Of a stretch of 64,000 bases of DNA, positions 1 through 9,061 are shown in pieces. Made by a program: the position numbers and the translations under genes. The notes below the pieces were generated by a model, which was given only the letters and a program-made list of their open reading frames with translations, ran no database searches and was not told where the DNA came from. This DNA comes from Algoriphagus sp. (GTDB taxonomy: Bacteria; Bacteroidota; Bacteroidia; Cytophagales; Cyclobacteriaceae). The stretch covers positions 4,052 to 68,051 of the forward strand of contig JAFMBQ010000001.1 of NCBI GenBank assembly GCA_017858365.1, written 5' to 3'. How positions within the stretch are numbered: position 1 is the first letter of the stretch; every line of letters starts with the position of its first letter.

Positions 1-1
1 A

Positions 2-214
2 GAAGCCGCCATCGCGCTGGCATTGGTTCATTTTCTATTTAACCTATTTGGTGCACTGATATTTATGCCTTTTCCTTTGGTGAGAAATATTCCTGTGAAA
101 CTTGCTATTTGGATGGGTAAAAAATCTGTTGAGAGTAGGTTTATAGGATTCGCTTATATCCTGCTTACCTTTTTTATTATTCCTTTCTTATTGATTTATT
201 TCAGCAAGGACTAA
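2..214 (+). CDS. Na+/Pi cotransporter-family membrane protein, C-terminal fragment (5' end outside window)
   Basis: Frame open from nt 2 (EAAIALALVHFLFNLFG...). The hydrophobic AxxHxxFN motif is typical of Na/Pi symporters. Confidence 0.6.
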   Translation, partial: EAAIALALVHFLFNLFGALIFMPFPLVRNIPVKLAIWMGKKSVESRFIGFAYILLTFFIIPFLLIYFSKD

Positions 215-885
215 GCAGTTTTGGATCTCCAATTTTTAAGTTGCAGGAAAGCTGAAGCAGTACAAACCCGATCCGCACCAGCTTTGATCAATAACAGGCT
301 TTCTTCTAAATCGGCTGATCCTGCAGCGATCAAGCCCACATTAGATGAAAGAACTGATCTCATTTGTATAAGTTGATGGGCGTTGGTTTTTTGAGAATAG
401 ATTCCAGTAGTTGTCTTGATAAAATCCGCACCGGCATCTTGACAGATCAAACAAGCCTCTTGTAGTTGTTGATCCGCTAAGAAAGCAGCTTCAATCGTTA
501 CTTTCAATAGTTTTCCTTCTTCGTGACAAATTTTTGAAAGCTGAGCAATTACGATTTTCGCCCAATTCATTCCGCTGTGAAAGGCAGTTTGCGACCAGAC
601 CAAGTCTATCTCATCAGCTCCTTGACGAATTGCCTCTTTGGCTTCAAAGGCTTTTGTGGCCGTATCCTGAAAACCGAAAGGATAGCCTACACAAGCGGAA
701 ACTTGTACGCCACTTTCTTGTAATTCCCGAGCTACTTTTTTCACCCAGAAAGAGGGAATCAGACAGGAAATCACAAGATTTTGAATTGCTTCCTGAATAA
801 ATATTTCCACCTCATTCCCATTCATTCGTGGATGAAGAAGTTCCGCCTCAAGAAATCGATTGAGGTTAATCATCACCTCCAACAA
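211..885 (-). CDS. deoC: Deoxyribose-phosphate aldolase-like protein (divergent)
   Basis: VGYPFG, GADEID and GADFIKTTTG (Schiff-base Lys) motifs present; the second-Lys motif is degenerate (GLIAAGS). Confidence 0.8.
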   Translation of the reverse strand: MLEVMINLNRFLEAELLHPRMNGNEVEIFIQEAIQNLVISCLIPSFWVKKVARELQESGVQVSACVGYPFGFQDTATKAFEAKEAIRQGADEIDLVWSQTAFHSGMNWAKIVIAQLSKICHEEGKLLKVTIEAAFLADQQLQEACLICQDAGADFIKTTTGIYSQKTNAHQLIQMRSVLSSNVGLIAAGSADLEESLLLIKAGADRVCTASAFLQLKNWRSKTA

Positions 886-2074
886 AATCCGACAGATACA
901 TGAACTCCAAGGTTAAATCCCCATCTCTTGCGATAGTCGCACGCTCAAGCATAGCTGAACTTTCCTTCAATAATTCAGGGATAATCCACTTGCTTAATTG
1001 AAGCCCGAACTCACGACTTGCCTCTCGAGGAAGCTCACAGGGCAAGTTATCGATGGCCATTACTGAAATACTTGTTTGGCTTCCAAAAGCCGGAATGGCA
1101 GTTCCCGTTTGGCGATCGATATCAAAAACAGGGTCAACAATCGTAGAAGACTTGATTGTCGTAGGTACAGATCCATTGACATCACAGGAAATATCAGCGA
1201 TAACAGAGATCTGAAAATCATCACTGGCGATATCAGATAGCTCAAACAATCGAGGTGCTTCAGGATCCCAATAAGCCGCGGCGATCAGAATCTCGGCAAC
1301 TTCCGTGAACTTTTGAAAATGACTCTCATAGCGTTCTGGATAATCATAGAACTCCCGACGATCATATCCCCCATCGGATTTTCTACGATTGTAATCCTCT
1401 GTTTTCAACATCACAAAAACAGGCTCCTCATAATAATGGAACAAAAACTCTTCGATGGAGACTTGCTTGATTTGAAGCTTTTCCAAGACTTCTGCTGCCC
1501 CTTTAGCAACTCTTCCCGTTCCGGTGATGGCTATTTTTATCGGGGGCAATTGTACTTTGGTTAGCTCCTGGTCCAACTCTTCCAAATCATAGCATTCATG
1601 AGCGCGCCTCAACTCAAAGAGTGCAGTCTTTTTACCATAGGTCCAAAAAGCATTATAAGAACCTACAATTCCTGCCCAACGTCCAAAGGCAACTACTCGG
1701 TTTCCGAATTCGTCCTTGAGCACTTCATAATCAATCAGTCGGATATTTTTCTCCAAAACAGCCTGAAGTAATTTTCGATTATAGGGCTGTTTTTTCATCG
1801 TATGAGAAAAGAAAAAATAAGTCTTTTCAGGAATTAGCTGATCGATCCGAACTTCTTTCACGCCGAAAAGAACATCACAGGTCGAAACATCCTCCACAAC
1901 GGCTATTCCCTCATCTAAATACTCTTGATCCACAATCGTTCTGACTTCACTAGATTGCACCTCAAAGCTAATCTGATCTCCATAAATGGCCAAAATTTCT
2001 TTGAGCTGGGATGGAGTAAAAGCTACTCGCTTGTCTGGAGGATTTTTTCCTTCGCGTATTATTCCGATTTTCAT
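866..2074 (-). CDS. Lysine-ketoglutarate reductase / saccharopine dehydrogenase (Lys-forming)-like NAD(P) oxidoreductase, AlaDh/PNT fold
   Basis: KIGIIREGK, FGVKEV, FFFSHTMKKQPYN, ITGTGRVAKGA Rossmann loop, IADISCD, MAIDNLPCELPREAS. Confidence 0.75.
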   Translation of the reverse strand: MKIGIIREGKNPPDKRVAFTPSQLKEILAIYGDQISFEVQSSEVRTIVDQEYLDEGIAVVEDVSTCDVLFGVKEVRIDQLIPEKTYFFFSHTMKKQPYNRKLLQAVLEKNIRLIDYEVLKDEFGNRVVAFGRWAGIVGSYNAFWTYGKKTALFELRRAHECYDLEELDQELTKVQLPPIKIAITGTGRVAKGAAEVLEKLQIKQVSIEEFLFHYYEEPVFVMLKTEDYNRRKSDGGYDRREFYDYPERYESHFQKFTEVAEILIAAAYWDPEAPRLFELSDIASDDFQISVIADISCDVNGSVPTTIKSSTIVDPVFDIDRQTGTAIPAFGSQTSISVMAIDNLPCELPREASREFGLQLSKWIIPELLKESSAMLERATIARDGDLTLEFMYLSDFVGGDD

Positions 2075-2106
2075 AAGTTGAATGTCAATGGATCAAAACT
2101 AAACCA

Positions 2107-2682
2107 ATGGATTATTTACTTCTAGCCCTGAGTTGGGGTCTATTTTACACACTCCATTCCAGCTTCGCTGGATCGAAGTTAAAAAGATTTTTTCGGGGAA
2201 AAATTGGAATGACGATTAAATGGTATCGCCTTAGTTATTCCATTATCTCAAGCCTTTTCTTCCTGGGAATCCTCTTTCAATCTGCCTTGATTCCGACTTA
2301 CCAAATCCTTTCCAAAGGCTCAATCACTGAATACTTAGCCTATGTATTTGCTGGATTCGGAACGATAATTATGGTAAAATCTACCAAACAAATTTCTCTT
2401 TCTAGATTTCTTGGACTCTCTTCCAAATCAGATCAAATCGATGAATTGGTGGTTTCTGGATTATATTCCAAGATAAGACATCCACTATACGCAGGTTTAG
2501 TGCTGATCTTTATCGGTTACTTTTTGTTTGCAGGAACAGCTGCTGCGGCGGTACATTTGATCTGCTTGGCTCTCTATATTCCGATAGGAATCTATTTTGA
2601 AGAAAAAAACCTGATTGCCTCCTATGGTCAGTCTTATAGGGACTATCAAGAAAAAGTCCCACCATTCTTCCCATGGATCTAA
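2107..2682 (+). CDS. Isoprenylcysteine carboxyl methyltransferase (ICMT/PEMT)-family membrane protein
   Basis: LVVSGLYSKIRHPLY and EEKNL...YRDYQEKVP motifs; multiple TM segments. Confidence 0.75.
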   Translation: MDYLLLALSWGLFYTLHSSFAGSKLKRFFRGKIGMTIKWYRLSYSIISSLFFLGILFQSALIPTYQILSKGSITEYLAYVFAGFGTIIMVKSTKQISLSRFLGLSSKSDQIDELVVSGLYSKIRHPLYAGLVLIFIGYFLFAGTAAAAVHLICLALYIPIGIYFEEKNLIASYGQSYRDYQEKVPPFFPWI

Positions 2683-2705
2683 AAAAAGAGGGCCGAAGCC
2701 CTCTT
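2681..2705 (-). terminator. Intrinsic terminator between the ICMT gene and the FKBP operon
   Basis: Stem AAGAGGGC-CGAA-GCCCTCTT; the A7 run at 2681-2687 gives a U-tract on the minus strand. Confidence 0.75.
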
Positions 2706-2707
2706 GA

Positions 2708-3262
2708 TCAATCTATTCCTTTGAATTCCACATCAAAAATCAAAACTGAGTTTGGTGGAATTTTAGAGTTGTTTGTTGCTGCACTATAGCCGTAAGGAGA
2801 GGGGATGATTAATTTAGCTTTAGATCCTGGTCTCAATCTTCTAAAACCAATATCCCACCCCGTAATTACACCTCCAGTACCAACCACGAAGCTAAAGATC
2901 GAATAGTCTCTGCCTTCCACATAAATATTGTTGTCTCTGGCGACATCTTCAAAGCTAGTATCGAAAATAGAACCATCACTCATCAATGAGCCAGTATAGT
3001 CCGTATAAACAACAGTTCCCCCTGTAGGCCTTGTTCCACTACCCTCTTCTTGTACAATCACCACTACTCCACTTGGATCATGAATTCGATAGAGGCTATC
3101 AATTTCTGTGGAGGCTAAATAGGTATCAATCAGTTTCCGATCGATCTCCAAATTAGCAGCTGCATCGTAGGTAGGACCTGCTGCGAACGGATTACTCGGT
3201 TGGCAACTCGCCAGCCCTAGCAGGAGCACAGAAAGAAGGATGAGATAGCTTTTTTGTTTCAT
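2708..3262 (-). CDS. FKBP-type peptidyl-prolyl isomerase, lipoprotein
   Basis: Lipobox LASC; YTGSLMSDGSIFDTS, VITGWDIG, IPSPYGY, IPPNSVLIFDVEF. Confidence 0.9.
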   Translation of the reverse strand: MKQKSYLILLSVLLLGLASCQPSNPFAAGPTYDAAANLEIDRKLIDTYLASTEIDSLYRIHDPSGVVVIVQEEGSGTRPTGGTVVYTDYTGSLMSDGSIFDTSFEDVARDNNIYVEGRDYSIFSFVVGTGGVITGWDIGFRRLRPGSKAKLIIPSPYGYSAATNNSKIPPNSVLIFDVEFKGID

Positions 3263-3825
3263 TAGGAATTTGGTCCAGCTTTAACTTCAATCAAATTTAC
3301 TTCAAAGATTAGCGGTGCATTTAAGGGTATTCCGGCTGGAGGGTTATTTGCATAGCCCTGTTCCGAAGGCAAAAGAATCGTAGCTTTATCTCCTCGCTCC
3401 AACTGAATTAATCCAAATTCAAATCCTGGAATTACAACCGGTCGAAAAGTTCCGACACTAGTAGGAAACCTCAATGGTACATACCTGCGCTGAGAATTGA
3501 AAATATTATTTGCCTTGGCAATAGCCTCAATAGAGCTATCAAATACCACGTCATTTAATAGTTTCCCGGTATAATCAGTGGAGATGGTATCACCTCTAGT
3601 TATTTTAATTCCGCTATTTGATACTTCTTGCCAAATTATAGAAACACCAGTCAAAGGGTCTTTAAATTCTTTCACATTGACCATATCGCTTTTTTCGATG
3701 TATTCTGCTATCGCTTTTAAGTCTTTCTCAAATAGCGCATCAACAGTTTGGCCTTTGTCAATGCATGAAAAAGAAAGAATTGAAATAAGGAAAAGAAAAA
3801 GAATATTCGCTGGTTTGATTTTCAT
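3262..3825 (-). CDS. FKBP-type peptidyl-prolyl isomerase, lipoprotein
   Basis: Lipobox SFSC; YTGKLLNDVVFDSS, VIPGFEFG, LPSEQGY, PLIFEVNL. Confidence 0.9.
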   Translation of the reverse strand: MKIKPANILFLFLISILSFSCIDKGQTVDALFEKDLKAIAEYIEKSDMVNVKEFKDPLTGVSIIWQEVSNSGIKITRGDTISTDYTGKLLNDVVFDSSIEAIAKANNIFNSQRRYVPLRFPTSVGTFRPVVIPGFEFGLIQLERGDKATILLPSEQGYANNPPAGIPLNAPLIFEVNLIEVKAGPNS

Positions 3826-3844
3826 ACTTGGTTTTTTGGTAAGC

Positions 3845-4771
3845 TTATTTTTGAACGTCTGTCACTTCTACGTCAAATACTAAAATTGAGTTCGGTCCGA
3901 TCATTCCTCCGGCTCCTGCTTCTCCATAGCCCAAGGGAGATGGAATTAGGAATTTAGCTTTTGAACCATTCTTCAATAACATCAAGCCTTCGTCCCAACC
4001 TGGGATTACTTGACCCATTCCTACATTCACAGGAAGTGGACCATACTCTCTGCCTTCGTTGAACATGTTATTAGCTTTTGCAATCTCAGGGTATGAAGTA
4101 TCGAAAAGCGTTCCGTCTAGCAAGTAACCTGCGTAGTTGACATACATCGTAGTACCTGGAGTTGTTGCTTCACCTGTTCCTTCAGTCTCTATCGCATAAT
4201 ATAAACCGTTAGCAGTCTTCTGCACAGTCAAGCCTTTCTCAGCTGCGTAAGCTTCAATTATTCCTGCCTCTTGAGCAAGCATTTCTACCGCTCGTTCGGA
4301 TTTTTTCGAGTCTTCAGCAGACATCATTTTCTCAAAATAGGCCTGAATAGCCGTCTCGTCCATTACCTCAAATGCACCAAGATTCACTTTTACAGTTTCG
4401 TCTTCTTTCAAGAAAGGGGGCACGTTCTGTCCAAAGATTGTTTTCGCAGTAGATTGGAAAACGATGCTATCTCCTTTTCTTAGGTGAAGGAAAATCTCAT
4501 CCATTCCGTTAGTTGCTGGCATAGAATCATTGGCCATTAAGTAACCTGGCATCGGCTGACCTGCAGTAGTATAGATTACTGAGTCAGATCCATTCGTGAT
4601 TTGAAGGTTGTAAAGCAAAAAATGTCCGTTTGGTGCTTTTTCGGATCCTTCTTTGATATACGTATATTCTATTCCATCTTTCTCCGTCACTTTGGTTTTT
4701 TGACAGGAAGACATAGTTGTCGCTCCTAATAGGACAACAACAAGTGCCAACAGGCTTTTTTTGTTTTTCAT
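3845..4771 (-). CDS. FKBP-type peptidyl-prolyl isomerase, lipoprotein (two FKBP-like domains, N-terminal one degenerate)
   Basis: Likely start MKNKKS at 4771; lipobox MSSC; YAGYLLDGTLFDTS, VIPGWDEGL, LIPSPLGYG, PNSILVFDVEV. Confidence 0.9.
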   Translation of the reverse strand: MKNKKSLLALVVVLLGATTMSSCQKTKVTEKDGIEYTYIKEGSEKAPNGHFLLYNLQITNGSDSVIYTTAGQPMPGYLMANDSMPATNGMDEIFLHLRKGDSIVFQSTAKTIFGQNVPPFLKEDETVKVNLGAFEVMDETAIQAYFEKMMSAEDSKKSERAVEMLAQEAGIIEAYAAEKGLTVQKTANGLYYAIETEGTGEATTPGTTMYVNYAGYLLDGTLFDTSYPEIAKANNMFNEGREYGPLPVNVGMGQVIPGWDEGLMLLKNGSKAKFLIPSPLGYGEAGAGGMIGPNSILVFDVEVTDVQK

Positions 4772-4813
4772 AAATGATATGTGATTGTTCAAGGTAATTC
4801 TAAGGAAAGGGAT

Positions 4814-5848
4814 TTAGACAGAGACAGGTTTTGGATGATATAGTTCCTCCTGATGCTCCTCAATAAGTGACTCAAATAATTGTACAGTTTCTTTCAGACC
4901 AAGTTCAGATTTTCCTCCGGCAGCATTTTTATGACCTCCACCATTGAAATATGCAGCAGCAAATTTATTCACGGCTACATCTGTACATGATCGAAAGGAA
5001 ATCTTGATGCCATCTTCGCGCTCGGAGAACAAAGCGGCTACCTTAATTCCCTCCAAAGATAAAGCATAATTGACCAAACCTTCGGTGTCTCCAGTCTGGC
5101 TTTGATATTTTTTAAGATCTTTTTTGCTGATAGCAAAATAGGCTAAATGCAAGTCTTCCCGTACTACAAGTCGACGAGAGATCGCAAAACCAATAAATTT
5201 CAGTCTGTTTACAGAGTTTGAATCATAGATCCAGTTAGCAATCTGTGAGGTATCTGCTCCTAGTTCCAATAGTTCTGCAACTACAAGGTGCACGTTTTTG
5301 GTCGTATTGGGATGACGGAAGCCTCCGGTATCTGTCATAATACCTGCGTAGAGGCACTCAGCGATCCCTTTATCAATTAAGTCTTTATCTCCCAAATCCA
5401 CAATCATTTCATAGACCAGCTCACAGGTAGCCGCAGCTTTGGTACTCCAGATTCTGAAATCTGCAAAATCCTCGGGATCTTGGTGATGATCAATATTCAC
5501 CACGAAAGCATCAGATGCTCTAATCAGCTCTCCCAATTCATTGACGCGATTCAAAACCGAGAAATCAAGGCAAAAGATAACCTCTGCCTCTTCCAATTTT
5601 TTCTTGACTTGATCGACCTGATCTGGATGGCTGAAATCAAGTACAGATTCATTTCCTTCCATCCAGTTTAGAAAACTTGGATAGTCTGAAGGAGTGACCA
5701 CGCATACATCATGGCCTTTCTTGATGAGGTAATTAGCCAATCCAAGGGATGAACCCAACGCATCTGCATCCGGTTTCACATGGGTGGTGATAAATATTTT
5801 CTTGGGGGAGGATATCTCTTTTGCAAATAAGGCTAAAGCTTCCTTCAT
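4814..5848 (-). CDS. nrnA: DHH/DHHA1 family phosphoesterase (NrnA-like oligoribonuclease / pAp phosphatase)
   Basis: HVKPDADALGS, NIDHH, DTGGF and GGGHKNAAG motifs. Confidence 0.85.
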   Translation of the reverse strand: MKEALALFAKEISSPKKIFITTHVKPDADALGSSLGLANYLIKKGHDVCVVTPSDYPSFLNWMEGNESVLDFSHPDQVDQVKKKLEEAEVIFCLDFSVLNRVNELGELIRASDAFVVNIDHHQDPEDFADFRIWSTKAAATCELVYEMIVDLGDKDLIDKGIAECLYAGIMTDTGGFRHPNTTKNVHLVVAELLELGADTSQIANWIYDSNSVNRLKFIGFAISRRLVVREDLHLAYFAISKKDLKKYQSQTGDTEGLVNYALSLEGIKVAALFSEREDGIKISFRSCTDVAVNKFAAAYFNGGGHKNAAGGKSELGLKETVQLFESLIEEHQEELYHPKPVSV

Positions 5849-5989
5849 AGATATTTAAGTGGCACTTTGGCTTTTGTGGGATGCAAAGGTCATTATTTTT
5901 TTGACAAATCCCAAGTAAGCCATTTGCTTGAAAATTAAGTAGCTAAGGTATAAATCTCGAAGTTTTTCGGAGAATGGCTTTTATTCCAC

Positions 5990-5997
5990 TATTTTTG
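5990..5997 (+). promoter_or_regulatory. Bacteroidetes sigmaA -7 box upstream of ndk
   Basis: TATTTTTG matches TAnnTTTG, 33 nt before the ATG. Confidence 0.55.
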
Positions 5998-6030
5998 CCT
6001 CCGATTTAAACCAATGAAAATATAAAACCC

Positions 6031-6453
6031 ATGGCAACAAACAGAACATTTACCATGATTAAGCCAGATGCTTTCAAAGCTGGCAACTCTGGCGCTATTT
6101 TGAAAATGATCGAAGCTGCTGGTTTCAGAATAGTAGCTATGAAAGCTACTCATTTGACTCCTGCACAAGCTGGTAAATTTTACGAAGTGCACAGCGAAAG
6201 ACCTTTTTACACTGATCTTTGCGCATACATGTCCTCTGGACCAATCATCGCAGTAATTCTTGAGAAAGACAATGCAGTGGAAGATTTCAGAACTTTGATC
6301 GGTGCAACTAATCCTGCAAATGCAGCAGAAGGCACTATCAGAAAAATATTTGCAACCTCTATCGAAGCTAACGCGGTTCACGGATCAGATTCTGACGAAA
6401 ACGCAGCTATTGAAGGAGCATTCTATTTTGCGCAGACAGAGCACGTACTTTAA
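6031..6453 (+). CDS. ndk: Nucleoside diphosphate kinase
   Basis: [23 protein letters not shown] (catalytic His). Confidence 0.97.
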   Translation: MATNRTFTMIKPDAFKAGNSGAILKMIEAAGFRIVAMKATHLTPAQAGKFYEVHSERPFYTDLCAYMSSGPIIAVILEKDNAVEDFRTLIGATNPANAAEGTIRKIFATSIEANAVHGSDSDENAAIEGAFYFAQTEHVL

Positions 6454-6474
6454 TAGCAAAATTGCTAAAAGTAT

Positions 6475-6503
6475 AAAAGCACTCCAAACGGGGTGCTTTT
6501 TTT
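6475..6503 (+). terminator. Intrinsic terminator after ndk
   Basis: AAAAGCACTCC-AAAC-GGGGTGCTTTT followed by more T. Confidence 0.8.
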
Positions 6504-6693
6504 GATTTTGGTCAATGGAAAGATAAGCCAGACCGCCTTTTATAAAGAGCTCTCCTAGCAGGGAAGAAATAAATACGAAGATCTGGTTACATAGAATTAG
6601 AAAAATGGAAAAACTCCTCCATTTTCTGAATACTTCATTCTTTAACTCTAAAAAGCCATTGCGTTCATTGCTGACAAAAAACTTTCATGAAAA

Positions 6694-7701
6694 TCAGCCC
6701 CCAATCGCTATCATACTTCGATTCTGACTATGAAGCTCCGGATCCGAAAGCTTTTCCAGATTATCCATCCCGGCTCGAACCGCTTTTTTGTGGTAGATGG
6801 ATTCTAAAATCAACTCCTCCACATTTCCTCCTTCACGCATCACTTTTAGCAAGTCTGTCTCTCGATTGGAAAACAGACAATTTTTTATACGGCCATTGGC
6901 TGTAAGTCGAATTCGGTTACAAGTCCCGCAGAAAGGATTCGTCACCGAGCTGATGATCCCAAATTCCCCTTGAAAACCTTCAATCTTGAATTTTCTCGCG
7001 GTTAGATTTTTTTCATCCGGCAGTGAAACCAAGTTGGCTTTGCCAAACTCCAACTCAACTTGAGACAATATTTCTGCCTCAGAAACCAGCTTTGATTTAT
7101 TCCATTTATTTCCATCAAAAGGCATAAACTCAATAAACCGAACGGAGATGGGCAAGTCTTTCGTCAATCGGATAAAGTCTACAATCTCATCGTCATTTTC
7201 ACCCTTCATCAAGACACAGTTTATTTTCAGCTGGAATTGCTCGGCAATGGCCAAATGGAAATTCTCCATCGTTTTCTGAAAACCGGTACGACGGGTCATT
7301 TCCAAGAATCTGCTTTCCTTCAAGGTATCCAAACTGAAATTCAGGTGCTTGATCCCGAGACCTTGCAAGAGCTCAATATTTCGATCGAGTAGCATCCCGT
7401 TAGTGGTTATGGATATTTCTACAGGAAAAGCGGCTAGCAGTCGGGCGATATCAGCAAAGTCTTTCCGAAGCAAAGGTTCTCCTCCGGTTAATCGAATCTT
7501 TTTCACGCCAAATCCCACAAAAATCTCTGCGAATTTTCCGATCTCTTCCGCTGTCATCAATTCTTTTTGCGGTGAAAGTGGAATTCCATGCTCCGGCATG
7601 CAATAGGTGCATCTTAGATTACACTTCTCAATCAAGGAGATCCGGAGGTAGTCATGCTTCCTGCCAAATTGATCGATTAATTCTTTACGCTGATCAGTCA
7701 T
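6694..7701 (-). CDS. moaA: GTP 3',8-cyclase (radical SAM)
   Basis: CNLRCTYC, LTGGEPLLR, FIEFMP, FCGTCNRIRLTANG...CL, C-terminal IGG. Confidence 0.97.
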   Translation of the reverse strand: MTDQRKELIDQFGRKHDYLRISLIEKCNLRCTYCMPEHGIPLSPQKELMTAEEIGKFAEIFVGFGVKKIRLTGGEPLLRKDFADIARLLAAFPVEISITTNGMLLDRNIELLQGLGIKHLNFSLDTLKESRFLEMTRRTGFQKTMENFHLAIAEQFQLKINCVLMKGENDDEIVDFIRLTKDLPISVRFIEFMPFDGNKWNKSKLVSEAEILSQVELEFGKANLVSLPDEKNLTARKFKIEGFQGEFGIISSVTNPFCGTCNRIRLTANGRIKNCLFSNRETDLLKVMREGGNVEELILESIYHKKAVRAGMDNLEKLSDPELHSQNRSMIAIGG

Positions 7702-8611
7702 TTGCAGAGTGGGTTGTTCCCTTTAAAACTTTGAATACGTGGAGCAAATGCGGGAAAACAGCATCCATGGATTCCGAAGCTCCTTTTGTTGATCCAGGCA
7801 GAGCCAAAATCAGGCAATTCCCGATCGTTCCCACCACCGATCTGGATAGCATGGCATAGGGCATGATTTGCTGTCCGTAGCTGCGGATGGCCTCTTCGAT
7901 TCCCGGAATCCGACGCTCCAAAATAGGTTCCAAGGCTTCCGGCGTCACGTCTCTCGGCGAAAGTCCAGTTCCTCCAGTAAAAATCAGCAGTTGAACTTGA
8001 TCACAGAGATCAAGTGCCACTGTTCTTATTTTGTCAATTTCATCCGGAACACTCGTATAGTTTTTAATTTCTACGCCTTGAGATTTTAGCTTTTCAATGA
8101 TTGCTTTTCCAGCCCCATCTTCATTCTCTCCAGCCGAAATCGAGTCTGAACAGACAATTACTCCTGCCGTAATGGTACTTGGATCTTGTCTTTTGAAACT
8201 GCTTTTTCCTCCTGTTTTCTCCACCAAACCCACTTCGCGAATCACGATTCCTTTATCAATCGGCTTCAGCATATCATAAATCGTCAGTGCAATCACAGAT
8301 GCACCATGCATGGCTTCAACCTCCACGCCTGTTTTATAGATCGTCTTTACAGTAATGAAAATATGAATTTCCAGTCCATCGATCTGATACTCCACCCCAG
8401 TGTATTCGATAGGAAGTGGATGGCAGTCAGGTATAGTCAGATGCGTATTTTTCACTGCAAATAGCCCGGCAACCTTAGCCATCTCAAAAACATTTCCTTT
8501 GGGTACACGATTTTCTGTGACTGCCAAAATAGTCTCTGGACTGCTCACCTGTACGATAGCCTTTGCGGTAGCTACTCGTAGCGTGGTGATTTTATGAGTG
8601 ATGTCAATCAT
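7694..8611 (-). CDS. moaCB: Bifunctional cPMP synthase MoaC fused to a MoaB/MogA domain
   Basis: N-terminal MIDITHK, IPDCHPL, TGVEVEA; C-terminal TGGTGLSPRDVTPEA, ALPGS. Confidence 0.92.
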   Translation of the reverse strand: MIDITHKITTLRVATAKAIVQVSSPETILAVTENRVPKGNVFEMAKVAGLFAVKNTHLTIPDCHPLPIEYTGVEYQIDGLEIHIFITVKTIYKTGVEVEAMHGASVIALTIYDMLKPIDKGIVIREVGLVEKTGGKSSFKRQDPSTITAGVIVCSDSISAGENEDGAGKAIIEKLKSQGVEIKNYTSVPDEIDKIRTVALDLCDQVQLLIFTGGTGLSPRDVTPEALEPILERRIPGIEEAIRSYGQQIMPYAMLSRSVVGTIGNCLILALPGSTKGASESMDAVFPHLLHVFKVLKGTTHSAND

Positions 8612-8615
8612 TTTT

Positions 8616-9044
8616 TTAGCTATTTACTTTCCATTGGAAATCTTCATTCTCAAAAATCTCCTTGCCGAAGATTGGCACCTGCTCTTTCACTTGATTGACT
8701 AGGTACTCGGTGGCTTCATAAACTTGTTTCCGCCGCTTTGAAGAGACAAAAACAAAAAAGCATATTTCCCCAACGGCTACTTTGCCAAGGCTATGATAAA
8801 TATGTAAGCAAGTCAGGTCATATCTTTCAAACGCAGCTTCACGAATCTCATGTAGTTTTTCATTGGCCATCTCCTCGTAAGCGGTATAGTCGATAGCCAC
8901 TACTTTTTGCCCATCGATTTCATCCGCCCGGACTTGGCCCAAAAATATATTGTGCGCGCCAATGCTATGCTTACCCTGATGTTTGGCGATTGATTCTGCA
9001 ATGAAATTGGAGGAAATTGCTCCTTCAAGAAATGTCTTTTTCAT
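8616..9044 (-). CDS. moaE: Molybdopterin synthase catalytic subunit
   Basis: IFLGQVR, YTAYEEMA, VSSKRR, VKEQVPIFGKE. Confidence 0.92.
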   Translation of the reverse strand: MKKTFLEGAISSNFIAESIAKHQGKHSIGAHNIFLGQVRADEIDGQKVVAIDYTAYEEMANEKLHEIREAAFERYDLTCLHIYHSLGKVAVGEICFFVFVSSKRRKQVYEATEYLVNQVKEQVPIFGKEIFENEDFQWKVNS

Positions 9045-9061
9045 CTGTTTAGTATTTTTTT

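Noticed and set aside
6504-6690. Stop-free minus-strand frame between ndk and moaA
   Set aside because: No start codon after the preceding stop, no recognisable motif; the region contains terminator-like hairpins.
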